Source of the DNA: Chitinophagales bacterium
GTDB lineage: Bacteria; Bacteroidota; Bacteroidia; Chitinophagales; JADIYW01
Assembly: GCA_019694955.1 (NCBI GenBank)
Contig: JAIBAX010000001.1
Coordinates: 109,852 to 173,851 of the forward strand
DNA: 64,000 nt
Direction: 5' to 3'
This document shows positions 1-8,095 of this stretch, piece by piece (position 1 is the first letter of the stretch; each line of letters opens with the position of its first letter). Made by a program: the position numbers and the translations under genes. The notes under the pieces were generated by a model that was not told the DNA's origin, ran no database searches, and saw only the letters and a program-made list of their open reading frames with translations.

Positions 1-2478
1 TTGGCAGTTTTGATGAGTAAAAATGTGGATGGGCAAGAGTTGCGATTATATGAAAGAGATAATGTAAGTGAAGATTCCAGAACAAATAGACATGTTAATT
101 ATTCTTTATATAAGCCAACCTTTACAGACTTGGATGGTGATGGAGACTTTGATGTGTTTGTTTTATATAACACCTATCCTTATGAATATGGTACAACTTG
201 TATCTATTTTGAAAATAAAGGAAATCGTGAATTTCCAAATCTTCAGATCATAAATTTTCACGAGACAGATAGTATTTTGATTAAATCAAATTTAGTTAAA
301 ATTAGTGGGTTTGGCACCTACGATATGGGTGCGAATAATGATTACTCTCGTTACAGAGAGTTTCTTGACATTGATGGAGATGAAGATTTTGATCTCATTG
401 ATCAAATAACGGAAGTAATTTATGAACCCAATTATAAAATGAGTCCTTATACATATATTTATGAAAACATGGGAAATAAAATGACACCATTGTTTGATAC
501 AATACCGATGTTTAAATTCTCTGGATATTTCTCTATACTTGATATTAATTCTGATGGGAATTTTGATTTATATAATTTAAGTCATATTGATGATTATTAT
601 GTTATTGATACATGCTTGGTTTATCATTTAAATAAAGGGAGTTTTATAATACCTGAGTTTGATTTTTTGATGCCTGACACGGTCGAATTAATAGACTATA
701 ATAAAGATATCATTGATTTAAAATTAGCTGATATGGATGGTGATGGTATAGATGATTTGGTAATATTTTCAAAAGAAAAACCTTATTTAGACCCTCGTTA
801 TGGTGAATATCTCTATTATCATATTTATGGAACTTATTTTAAGAGAAATAATAATGAAGTATTGGAATTTGAAAACGGAGGAGAAGCTTTCTTTGATAGT
901 GAATTGGTAATGGAAGGTCATTATGGTTGGGTCGAAATTCTTCAACAAGATATTGACTACGATGGAGATTTTGATATTCATATTGGCGGTATTCATCCAA
1001 GTCAAAGCCATTTTACTTATTTTAATTGTGGGTTATTTTTTAACACGGGAATGTTACTTAATAGTATTGAAGGAAATGTTGATATAGATCTTGACGGAGA
1101 TGGAATTTTCACACAAGATGAAAATTATAACCATAGAGAAATTACTAAATTTGATTATTATGGTGAACCCTATACAGAAACAATTTATTTCCACAAACTA
1201 ACAAATCATCCCATTGTAGCAGAAGGGGTCGACTATATCTTTCCAATAGATGAAATGGGAGAATTTACTGTTTTTACCTCCGACGGCACACAAAAAATAT
1301 ACCCAAAACCAGTTCCCAATTTTGAGTTTGAACCACCATTTTATACTTATGACTTTCCTGCCGATACCAATATATCCGTTGCAAATGTTCAATTTGTGAT
1401 GAAACCGATAACAGGTAGGTATGATGTAGCTGTAGATTTTTCCGGCTTAGCAACACGCCCCGGTTTTGAAACGAAGCAGTATTTGTATTATAAAAACTTA
1501 GCAGGAAATCCTACAAACGGCACACTTTCCTATACACCGCCAGCAGAACTCACGATTCTTAGCACACAACCCAATTTTGACAGAACTGAGTCTGGTGTAT
1601 ATTATTGGGATATTGAAGATTTACAAGCTTTAGAATCAGAACAGGTAGAAGTGAACTTACAAGTAGATGTCAATGCGGTTTTAAACACACCTATTCAGTC
1701 AGTTGTGAGTTTTGAACTTACCAACGGCACAGATTTTAATCCTTTAAACAATACTGATACATTATTTGGAAGGATTACAGGTTCTTTTGACCCGAATGAC
1801 AAATTGGTGAGTCCGTCCGGATTGGATGGCGGTTTGACGGCCGTTACCGACCGGTCGTTTGAATACACCATTCGTTTTCAAAACATGGGCAATGATACTG
1901 CTTTTACGGTGATTATCACGGACACCTTAGATACAGATTTCAACCTTTCTTCTTTCGAGATGGTATGCTCTTCTCACAATTATGAATTGAGTGTAAGAAA
2001 TAATAATGTACTGATATGGAAGTTTAGGAATATTCTGCTGCCACCAAGTAACACGAATCTAACGGGCAGCCAAGGTTTTGTGAAGTATCGATTTACGCCT
2101 AAAGAAGATGCCGATATCGGCACAATTTTCACCAATAAAGCGGATATTTATTTCGACTATAATACACCAGTTGTAACCAACGAGACGAGAAATATATTTG
2201 GCGTTATTAGCGGTATTCACAACCACCAACATCAGCAAGATATTGTATCGAAAGCATATCCAAATCCAACGAAAAACAAATTGCTAATCGAGTTTAACAA
2301 TGCAGAAAAGCAAGATGTTATCATCACAATTTACGATATCGAAGGACAACAAATTTTACAGAAAACCATACGAGAAGGATTTTTTAGTTTTGATGTACAC
2401 AATCTTTCAGCAGGCACATATTTATATACAATTGAAAGCGTCAGTGCATTTGGAAAGGGGAAATTTATAAAAGAATAA
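1..2478 (+). CDS. FG-GAP/VCBS-repeat adhesin-like secreted protein with T9SS C-terminal sorting domain (5' truncated by window edge)
   Basis: ORF is open to position 1. It has repeated DxDGDGDxD calcium-binding-like motifs (DLDGDGDFD, DIDGDEDFD, DMDGDGIDD). A beta-sandwich region carries GSFDPNDK and RFQNMGNDTAF. The C-terminus (YPNPTKNKLLIEF...IYDIEGQ...LSAGTYLY...GKFIKE) fits the T9SS type A sorting domain. Paralog of 35746..38340. Confidence 0.8.
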   Translation: MAVLMSKNVDGQELRLYERDNVSEDSRTNRHVNYSLYKPTFTDLDGDGDFDVFVLYNTYPYEYGTTCIYFENKGNREFPNLQIINFHETDSILIKSNLVKISGFGTYDMGANNDYSRYREFLDIDGDEDFDLIDQITEVIYEPNYKMSPYTYIYENMGNKMTPLFDTIPMFKFSGYFSILDINSDGNFDLYNLSHIDDYYVIDTCLVYHLNKGSFIIPEFDFLMPDTVELIDYNKDIIDLKLADMDGDGIDDLVIFSKEKPYLDPRYGEYLYYHIYGTYFKRNNNEVLEFENGGEAFFDSELVMEGHYGWVEILQQDIDYDGDFDIHIGGIHPSQSHFTYFNCGLFFNTGMLLNSIEGNVDIDLDGDGIFTQDENYNHREITKFDYYGEPYTETIYFHKLTNHPIVAEGVDYIFPIDEMGEFTVFTSDGTQKIYPKPVPNFEFEPPFYTYDFPADTNISVANVQFVMKPITGRYDVAVDFSGLATRPGFETKQYLYYKNLAGNPTNGTLSYTPPAELTILSTQPNFDRTESGVYYWDIEDLQALESEQVEVNLQVDVNAVLNTPIQSVVSFELTNGTDFNPLNNTDTLFGRITGSFDPNDKLVSPSGLDGGLTAVTDRSFEYTIRFQNMGNDTAFTVIITDTLDTDFNLSSFEMVCSSHNYELSVRNNNVLIWKFRNILLPPSNTNLTGSQGFVKYRFTPKEDADIGTIFTNKADIYFDYNTPVVTNETRNIFGVISGIHNHQHQQDIVSKAYPNPTKNKLLIEFNNAEKQDVIITIYDIEGQQILQKTIREGFFSFDVHNLSAGTYLYTIESVSAFGKGKFIKE

Positions 2479-2538
2479 AGCTTGTCTGATTGCAATGAAG
2501 ACTTTGTTAAAGTAATCTCGTAGCGTGGATGGAGTGTC

Positions 2539-2560
2539 TTTGTGATTAATTTATCACAAA
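2539..2560. promoter_or_regulatory. perfect 22-bp palindrome TTTGTGAT-N6-ATCACAAA (candidate operator) overlapping the promoter of the Crp/Fnr gene
   Basis: Read directly: tttgtgat taattt atcacaaa, with 8-bp arms that are exact reverse complements. The half-site TGTGA resembles the CRP-type half-site but with different spacing. The left arm contains a TTTG that could be the -33 element. Confidence 0.5.
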
Positions 2561-2564
2561 CACC

Positions 2565-2572
2565 TATCTTTG
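2565..2572 (+). promoter_or_regulatory. Bacteroidota -7 promoter box TATCTTTG
   Basis: Matches the TAnnTTTG consensus and ends 6 nt before ATG 2578, which implies a very short or absent leader. Confidence 0.45.
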
Positions 2573-2577
2573 TACCC

Positions 2578-3201
2578 ATGGAAATGTTGAATCAGATCAC
2601 CGAGTTTAAATCTTCTCCGCAACTTCGCGAAATGCTCTTTGCGAATAGTATCCACAAAACCTTTAAGTCTGGAGATGTCATTTTAAATGAAAATGCCTAC
2701 ATTCGAGCCATACCCATTGTAGTGAAGGGAAGTATTAGAGTTATCAGAACGGAAGATGATGGCAGAGAAATTTTGCTATATTATATAAAAGCAGGGGAGA
2801 GTTGCATTATGTCTTTTTTAGGTGGTATGCATCAAGAAACCAGCAAAGTGAAAGCCGAAGTGGAAGAAGATGCCGAGATACTCTTTTTACCCATAGAAAA
2901 AGTATCGCTGTTTATCAAAGAGTATCCGCAATGGTTGGATTACATATTCAGGTTGTATCATAAGAGATTCGAAGAATTGCTTGAAGTAGTCAATGCCGTG
3001 GCCTTTAAAAAGGTAGATGAGCGCCTTTTATCCTTGTTATCCAAGAAGTCAACACTCACAAATAGTAACACTATTTCTATTACTCATGAACAACTTGCCA
3101 ATGAATTGGGAACAGCACGGGTAGTAGTTTCGCGATTGCTGAAACAATTGGAAGATTCCGGTAAAGTGAAACTTGGGAGAAATAAAATCATTCTTGTGTA
3201 A
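2578..3201 (+). CDS. Crp/Fnr family transcriptional regulator
   Basis: cNMP-binding-like beta-roll (GDVILNE...IKAGESCIMSF) followed by a C-terminal HTH (ITHEQLANELGTARVVVSRLLKQLEDSG). ATG 2578 is preferred over the GTG at 2542, because a TATCTTTG -7 box (2565-2572) and a 22-bp palindrome lie inside the longer ORF. Confidence 0.85.
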   Translation: MEMLNQITEFKSSPQLREMLFANSIHKTFKSGDVILNENAYIRAIPIVVKGSIRVIRTEDDGREILLYYIKAGESCIMSFLGGMHQETSKVKAEVEEDAEILFLPIEKVSLFIKEYPQWLDYIFRLYHKRFEELLEVVNAVAFKKVDERLLSLLSKKSTLTNSNTISITHEQLANELGTARVVVSRLLKQLEDSGKVKLGRNKIILV

Positions 3202-3211
3202 CATTAGTAGC
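3197..3211 (+). promoter_or_regulatory. 15-nt motif TGTAACATTAGTAGC, copy 1 (candidate activator site upstream of tauE-like gene)
   Basis: Exact 15-mer shared with 4079-4093. It starts 37 nt upstream of a -7-like box (CACTTTTG, 3234-3241). Confidence 0.45.
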
Positions 3212-3256
3212 ATTAAATGATAAATAATCAACTCACTTTTGTACCTAAATGGAGAG

Positions 3257-4057
3257 ATGGAGTTATTAGGTTATTTTTGTTCAATATTGATTGGTGTTGC
3301 ATTGGGACTTATTGGTGGGGGTGGAAGTATACTTACCGTGCCCGTTTTAGTATATTTGTTTGGTATTGAACCTGTTGTAGCAACAGCCTATTCGCTTTTT
3401 ATTGTTGGGTTAACCAGCGCAGTGGGTTCAGTAACATATTTTCAGAAGCGTTTGGTCAATATTCGAACCGCCATTATTTTTGGAATTCCCTCTATTGTTG
3501 CTGTGTTCTTAACACGTGCATTTATTGTTCCTGCCATTCCCGAAGAGGTCTTTAGCAGTGCTTCTTTTGTAATGACAAAAGGAATGTTAATGATGATATT
3601 ATTCGCCATACTCATGGTGGCCGCATCCTATAGCATGATAAAGAAAAATCAACCCGTGATGAAGGAAGTGGAAGAACCGCAAAAGTTTAACTATCCACTT
3701 ATTCTCATAGAAGGTGTCGTGGTAGGTGTCTTAACCGGATTAGTAGGTGCAGGAGGCGGATTCTTAATCATTCCTGCTTTAGTAGTACTCAGTAAACTGC
3801 CGATGAAAGAGGCTGTAGGAACATCATTGGTCATCATCGCCGCAAAATCGCTGATTGGTTTTTTTGCGGAAGCAGGTGGCGACCATATCAATTGGTTGTT
3901 CCTATTTAAAGTATCCCTATTTGCAATCGTCGGAATATTCATTGGCGCTACGCTTTCCAAAAGAATCAATGGCGAAAAGTTAAAACCTGCATTTGGTTGG
4001 TTTGTGCTGGTCATGGGTGTTTATATTTTGGTAAAAGAACTCATCCTTTCAAAATAA
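3257..4057 (+). CDS. TauE/SafE family sulfite/anion exporter (DUF81)
   Basis: Polytopic membrane protein with duplicated GxGGGxxxxP motifs (GLIGGGGSILTVPVL and LVGAGGGFLIIPAL) typical of TauE/SafE. ATG 3257 chosen downstream of a -7-like box. Confidence 0.85.
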   Translation: MELLGYFCSILIGVALGLIGGGGSILTVPVLVYLFGIEPVVATAYSLFIVGLTSAVGSVTYFQKRLVNIRTAIIFGIPSIVAVFLTRAFIVPAIPEEVFSSASFVMTKGMLMMILFAILMVAASYSMIKKNQPVMKEVEEPQKFNYPLILIEGVVVGVLTGLVGAGGGFLIIPALVVLSKLPMKEAVGTSLVIIAAKSLIGFFAEAGGDHINWLFLFKVSLFAIVGIFIGATLSKRINGEKLKPAFGWFVLVMGVYILVKELILSK

Positions 4058-4078
4058 AATTATACCAAAGTAATGTTA

Positions 4079-4093
4079 TGTAACATTAGTAGC
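4079..4093 (+). promoter_or_regulatory. 15-nt motif TGTAACATTAGTAGC, copy 2 (upstream of CstB-like gene)
   Basis: Exact copy of the 15-mer at 3197-3211. It starts 37 nt upstream of the -7 box TAATTTTG (4116-4123), the same spacing as copy 1. Confidence 0.45.
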
Positions 4094-4115
4094 TGTATAG
4101 CCTGAATGAGGGCTT

Positions 4116-4123
4116 TAATTTTG
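4116..4123 (+). promoter_or_regulatory. -7 promoter box TAATTTTG
   Basis: Matches TAnnTTTG, 19 nt upstream of ATG 4142. No TTTG -33 element at the usual spacing. Confidence 0.4.
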
Positions 4124-4141
4124 ACCGATAAAATTATTTAT

Positions 4142-5557
4142 ATGAAGATAGAACAAATTTATACAGGATGTTTGGCGCAAGGAGCGTATTATATCGTTTC
4201 AGAAGGTGAAGCTGCCATTGTTGACCCACTCAGAGAAATAGCACCTTATATGGCAAGGCTTAAAGAAGACGGTGTCGTATTAAAATACATTTTTGAGACG
4301 CATTTTCATGCCGACTTTGTTTCAGGACACGTAGATTTGGCAAAAGAAACGGGTGCAGCAATTGTTTACGGGCCCACCGCGAAACCGGGATTTGAAGCCA
4401 TCGTTGCGGAGGATAACCAAGTGTTTACGTTGGGAAAGGTGCATATAAAAGTTTTGCATACACCCGGACATACCATGGAGAGTTCTACCTTTTTGTTAAT
4501 AGATGAAAATGGGAAAGACCATTGTATATTTAGTGGGGATACCTTGTTTTTAGGAGATGTTGGCAGACCTGATTTAGCCCAGAAAGCCGCCAATATGACA
4601 CAAGAAGAATTGGCAGGATTATTATATGATAGTTTATATAACAAGATTCTTCCTTTAGCCAATGATATTATTGTCTATCCAGCCCATGGTGCCGGAAGTG
4701 CCTGCGGAAAGAATATGATGAAAGAAACAGTAGATACACTGGGACATCAAAAGGAAATTAACTACGCATTAAACCAACCCGATAAAGCCTCTTTCATTGC
4801 CGCCGTTACGGATGGTCTTACACCACCGCCTGCATATTTTGGTGCAAATGTTGCCATGAATAAGATGGGATATGAAAGTATTAAAGAGGTCATCCACCAT
4901 GGCACAAGGGCTTTAAGCGTGACGGAGTTTGAAGTAGCAGCAGAAGAAACAGAAGCATTGATTATAGATACGAGAGCCGCAGGAGTTTTTGCCGCAGGAT
5001 TTATCCCACAGTCAATAAATATCGGTATTGATGGCGATTTTGCTCCATGGGTAGGTGCCATGGTAATTGATGTAAAACAACCTTTACTTATAGTGGCAGA
5101 TGCCGGTAGAGAAGAAGATGTCGTGATTCGGTTAAGCAGAGTAGGATTCGATCATGTATTGGGATATTTAAGTGGAGGCTTCGACGCATGGAAATCAGCG
5201 GGTAAAGAAATCGATACTGTAAATAGAATTGCACCTTCCACTTTTGAAGCTCAGTTCGAAGCAGCAAATACCCTTGTGATAGATGTTCGCAAAGAAGGGG
5301 AGTATGCGGCAGAGCATATTGAAAATGCTTACAGTAAACCATTGCTTTATATGAATGATTGGATTAAAGACATCGACCCCAAACAACATTTCTTCTTGCA
5401 CTGCGCCGGAGGATATAGAAGTATGATTGCTGCATCAATACTAAAAGCGCGGGGATATCACAATTTTTCCGAAATAAATGGCGGTTTCAATGCGGTAGCC
5501 AATGAAACAAATATTCCAAGAACTAATTTCATTTGTCAATCAAAAGTTTTAAAATAA
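4142..5557 (+). CDS. MBL-fold persulfide-dioxygenase-like domain fused to two rhodanese domains (CstB-like architecture)
   Basis: N-terminal metallo-beta-lactamase motif ETHFHADFVSGH plus HTPGHT. The middle rhodanese-like domain has Asp at the catalytic position (IVADAGRE), so it is probably inactive. The C-terminal rhodanese has an intact active-site loop (HCAGGYRS). ATG 4142 gives the typical MKIEQIY N-terminus. Confidence 0.85.
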   Translation: MKIEQIYTGCLAQGAYYIVSEGEAAIVDPLREIAPYMARLKEDGVVLKYIFETHFHADFVSGHVDLAKETGAAIVYGPTAKPGFEAIVAEDNQVFTLGKVHIKVLHTPGHTMESSTFLLIDENGKDHCIFSGDTLFLGDVGRPDLAQKAANMTQEELAGLLYDSLYNKILPLANDIIVYPAHGAGSACGKNMMKETVDTLGHQKEINYALNQPDKASFIAAVTDGLTPPPAYFGANVAMNKMGYESIKEVIHHGTRALSVTEFEVAAEETEALIIDTRAAGVFAAGFIPQSINIGIDGDFAPWVGAMVIDVKQPLLIVADAGREEDVVIRLSRVGFDHVLGYLSGGFDAWKSAGKEIDTVNRIAPSTFEAQFEAANTLVIDVRKEGEYAAEHIENAYSKPLLYMNDWIKDIDPKQHFFLHCAGGYRSMIAASILKARGYHNFSEINGGFNAVANETNIPRTNFICQSKVLK

Positions 5558-5562
5558 TCATT

Positions 5563-5877
5563 ATGTTAGATATGTTAAAAGGGCTTTTTAGCTCAGGACC
5601 AAAAGTAGATATTGCGTCAATAGTTAATGATGGTGCTTTTTTAGTAGACGTAAGAACACCCGGCGAATTTTCTGATGACCATATTAAAGGGTCGGTAAAT
5701 ATTCCATTGGATAGAGTGGGAAGTCAATTAGCGAAGTTTAAGGATAAAAAGCATATTATCGTGTTTTGTAGAAGTGGTGCCAGAAGCAGTCAGGCAAAGG
5801 CAATCCTGGAGAACAATGGCTTTACCAATGTTGTTAATGGTGGCTCATGGTTGAATATGAAACAATATGTAAAATGA
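5563..5877 (+). CDS. single-domain rhodanese sulfurtransferase
   Basis: About 104 aa with the active-site loop FCRSGARS and the flanking rhodanese pattern (VDVRTPGEF...GSVNIP). The ATG lies 6 nt after the upstream stop. Confidence 0.85.
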   Translation: MLDMLKGLFSSGPKVDIASIVNDGAFLVDVRTPGEFSDDHIKGSVNIPLDRVGSQLAKFKDKKHIIVFCRSGARSSQAKAILENNGFTNVVNGGSWLNMKQYVK

Positions 5878-6113
5878 TGTACGCCCTCACTCATCATTGG
5901 CATTTCTTACGCATAATTCGGTTGTTATTAGGGGTGTTTATAGCTGTCGAAGGAGGACGTTCTGGAGATTATCTAATGTTGACCTTGGGATTGTTCTTTT
6001 CAGGTATGGCGTTATTTAACAAGGGTTGTTGTGCTTCGGGTGCTTGTAATCATCAGATAGAAAATAAAGAAAGGGAAAAAGAAATCGTGTATGAAGAAGT
6101 TCATAATAAGTAA
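5874..6113 (+). CDS. small membrane protein, DUF2892/YgaP-TM-like, with GCCASGAC motif
   Basis: Two predicted TM helices followed by KGCCASGACN. The ATG overlaps the upstream TGA (ATGA). The family name is from memory and unverified. Confidence 0.6.
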   Translation: MMYALTHHWHFLRIIRLLLGVFIAVEGGRSGDYLMLTLGLFFSGMALFNKGCCASGACNHQIENKEREKEIVYEEVHNK

Positions 6114-6303
6114 AATATGGTATATTATAGGGGGACTGGTGGGCGCCCTCGCAGGATATCTCTACTGGAGATATGTGGGGTGCGCATCAGGCACCTGTAT
6201 GATTACCTCAAGACCTATAAATAGCACGCTTTACGGAATGGTGATGGGTAGCTTATTGTTTAGTATGCTGGAAAGAAAAGAGATTAGTACCAAAAATAAA
6301 TAG
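6091..6303 (+). CDS. small membrane protein (DUF6132-like) with GCASGTC motif
   Basis: 70 aa with two TM helices and the motif YVGCASGTCMITS between them. It overlaps the upstream gene by 23 nt. The family name is from memory. Confidence 0.55.
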   Translation: MKKFIISKIWYIIGGLVGALAGYLYWRYVGCASGTCMITSRPINSTLYGMVMGSLLFSMLERKEISTKNK

Positions 6304-6306
6304 GAA

Positions 6307-6603
6307 ATGAAAAGTTTCAACGAACTCATACAATCAAATAAACCAGTATTGGTAGATTTTTTTGCTGAATGGTGTGGTCCCTGTAAAATGATGGCACCCA
6401 TCTTGAAAGAAGTGAAAGAAAAACTGGACGACACCGTAAGTATCATTAAGGTGGATGTGGATAAAAATCCACAGGTGGCTGCCGTGTACCAAATACAAGG
6501 CGTTCCAACGATGATACTGTTTAAAGAAGGTAAAATATTGTGGCGAAAGAGTGGCGTCATGCCGGCTTCGGAATTGGTTCAGATAATACAACAAAATCAA
6601 TAG
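6307..6603 (+). CDS. trxA: thioredoxin
   Basis: 98 aa with the canonical WCGPCK active site and VDVDKNP...GVPT thioredoxin fold motifs. Confidence 0.9.
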   Translation: MKSFNELIQSNKPVLVDFFAEWCGPCKMMAPILKEVKEKLDDTVSIIKVDVDKNPQVAAVYQIQGVPTMILFKEGKILWRKSGVMPASELVQIIQQNQ

Positions 6604-6606
6604 GTT

Positions 6607-6936
6607 ATGAGGACTGGAATTTGGATGCTTGTGTTGCTGGTGGTCATTAGTGCTTGCAAACAAAAAGTTACTACTCCCAATGGAAATATTATAATCGATG
6701 TTAGAACTAAGGGAGAATGGGATGCGGATGGCCATGCGGACTGTAGCGAATTGTTCCCGTTGGATGAACTTTCAAATGCAATACCATCTTTGTTAAAATA
6801 TGATACCATTCAAGTAGTTTGCAGAAGCGGAAATAGGGCTGAGACAGCAAAAGAAATGTTGCGTGCAGCCGGCGCACAGTACGTTGAAAATAAAGGTTCT
6901 TGGCAGAATATCATCTGTTCAGAACCAGAGCTGTAA
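6607..6936 (+). CDS. rhodanese-domain lipoprotein
   Basis: Lipoprotein signal peptide (MLVLLVVISAC). Rhodanese pattern IDVRTKGEW with active-site loop VCRSGNRA. Confidence 0.8.
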   Translation: MRTGIWMLVLLVVISACKQKVTTPNGNIIIDVRTKGEWDADGHADCSELFPLDELSNAIPSLLKYDTIQVVCRSGNRAETAKEMLRAAGAQYVENKGSWQNIICSEPEL

Positions 6937-7016
6937 TCCGTAAACTGTGAACAAAAATTGACATCTCTAAATTTACCATAAACTGTGAACCGTGAACATT
7001 CCCAAATTTTACCAAC
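6937..7016 (-). repeat. mosaic intergenic repeat (GTTCACGGTTCACAG / AATTTGGGAATGT / AATTTAGAGATG modules)
   Basis: The reverse complement reads ...aaatttgggaatgttcacggttcacagtttatggtaaatttagagatgtc..., sharing modules with 35309-35360 and 11560-11600. It fills the spacer between the rhodanese and yeeE-like genes. Confidence 0.6.
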
Positions 7017-7029
7017 CTAAAAATACAAT

Positions 7030-7590
7030 ATGGAATTTTTAAAACATCCTTGGCCATGGTATGTGGCAGGACCGCTTATCGGGTTAATAGTACCCATTTT
7101 GCTGATAATTGGCAATAAATCCTTCGGAATATCATCTTCGCTCAGACATGTTTGTGCGGCGTGCTTACCTGCAAATATAGCATTCTTTAAATATGATTGG
7201 AAGAAAGAAATATGGAACCTGTTCTTTGTTTTTGGTATTGCCATGGGTGGAATGTTGGCTATGTTATTGCTGTCAAATCCGGCAGATATTATTGTTAATA
7301 AGAAACTTGCAGCTGAAATGTCCACATATGGAATTACTGATTTTAGCAGCTTAGTCCCAAAAGAAATTATTAACTGGTCGCAATTGTTGTCTTTAAAGGG
7401 ATTTTTGATGATAGTGGTCGGTGGCTTTTTAGTGGGTTTCGGTACACGCTACGCAGGAGGATGTACAAGTGGTCATGCGATCATGGGTATGTCAACACTC
7501 CAATGGCCCTCATTGGTTGCCACTTGTTGTTTCATGATGGGCGGTATTTTGATGGCAAATTTTATTTTACCATTTATTTTAAAATTATAA
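7030..7590 (+). CDS. YeeE/YedE family sulfur-compound transporter subunit
   Basis: Polytopic membrane protein with the conserved GGCTSGH motif (YAGGCTSGHAIMG) of YeeE/YedE proteins. Confidence 0.85.
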   Translation: MEFLKHPWPWYVAGPLIGLIVPILLIIGNKSFGISSSLRHVCAACLPANIAFFKYDWKKEIWNLFFVFGIAMGGMLAMLLLSNPADIIVNKKLAAEMSTYGITDFSSLVPKEIINWSQLLSLKGFLMIVVGGFLVGFGTRYAGGCTSGHAIMGMSTLQWPSLVATCCFMMGGILMANFILPFILKL

Positions 7591-7591
7591 T

Positions 7592-8095
7592 ATGACAGAG
7601 CAGCAACAAGAAACAAACCTTGATTTTGAGGTACGTTCATTAGATACCATTTGCGTAAATGAAAGTAGGTTGGAGCATAAATGGTACCACAACATTAAGT
7701 ACTTAGTAGTGGGTATTTTATTTGGAATTATCTTCGTGAAGGCAGAGATTATTAGTTGGTTTAGAATACAAGAAATGTTTCGGTTTCAGTCGTTTCATAT
7801 GTTTGGTGTAATTGGCAGTGCTGTTTTTGTGGGTGCCATTTCTGTATTTGCCATAAGAAAATTAGGAATAAAAACCATTTATGGTGAAGAAATTGTCTTT
7901 CATCCCAAAACCTTCAATAAGGGTCAGGTTATTGGTGGTGTTCTGTTTGGTTTAGGTTGGGCTATCACAGGTGCATGTCCGGGACCGTTGTTTGCACAAA
8001 TAGGTTCTGGAGCCACCGTTATCATCGTTACCTTATTAAGCGCCATCGCCGGAACGTGGACATACGGCTATTTTAGAGAGAAATTGCCGCATTAA
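7592..8095 (+). CDS. YeeE/YedE family protein (second half-size subunit)
   Basis: Membrane protein with the TGACPGP motif characteristic of the second YeeE/YedE repeat. It starts 1 nt after the upstream stop. Confidence 0.85.
   Translation: MTEQQQETNLDFEVRSLDTICVNESRLEHKWYHNIKYLVVGILFGIIFVKAEIISWFRIQEMFRFQSFHMFGVIGSAVFVGAISVFAIRKLGIKTIYGEEIVFHPKTFNKGQVIGGVLFGLGWAITGACPGPLFAQIGSGATVIIVTLLSAIAGTWTYGYFREKLPH

Noticed and set aside
2542-2577. GTG start at 2542 for the Crp/Fnr gene, as in the ORF track
   Set aside because: The extension would place the palindrome and the TATCTTTG -7 box inside the coding region. ATG 2578 follows the promoter box directly.
6334-6735. Long antisense ORFs inside confidently called genes (e.g. 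6334..6735, 3691..4014, 48287..48667, 33344..33718, 28919..29188)
   Set aside because: Each lies opposite a gene with strong family motifs (thioredoxin/rhodanese, TauE, CANSDH, accD, pnp) and has an odd composition. These are typical shadow ORFs.
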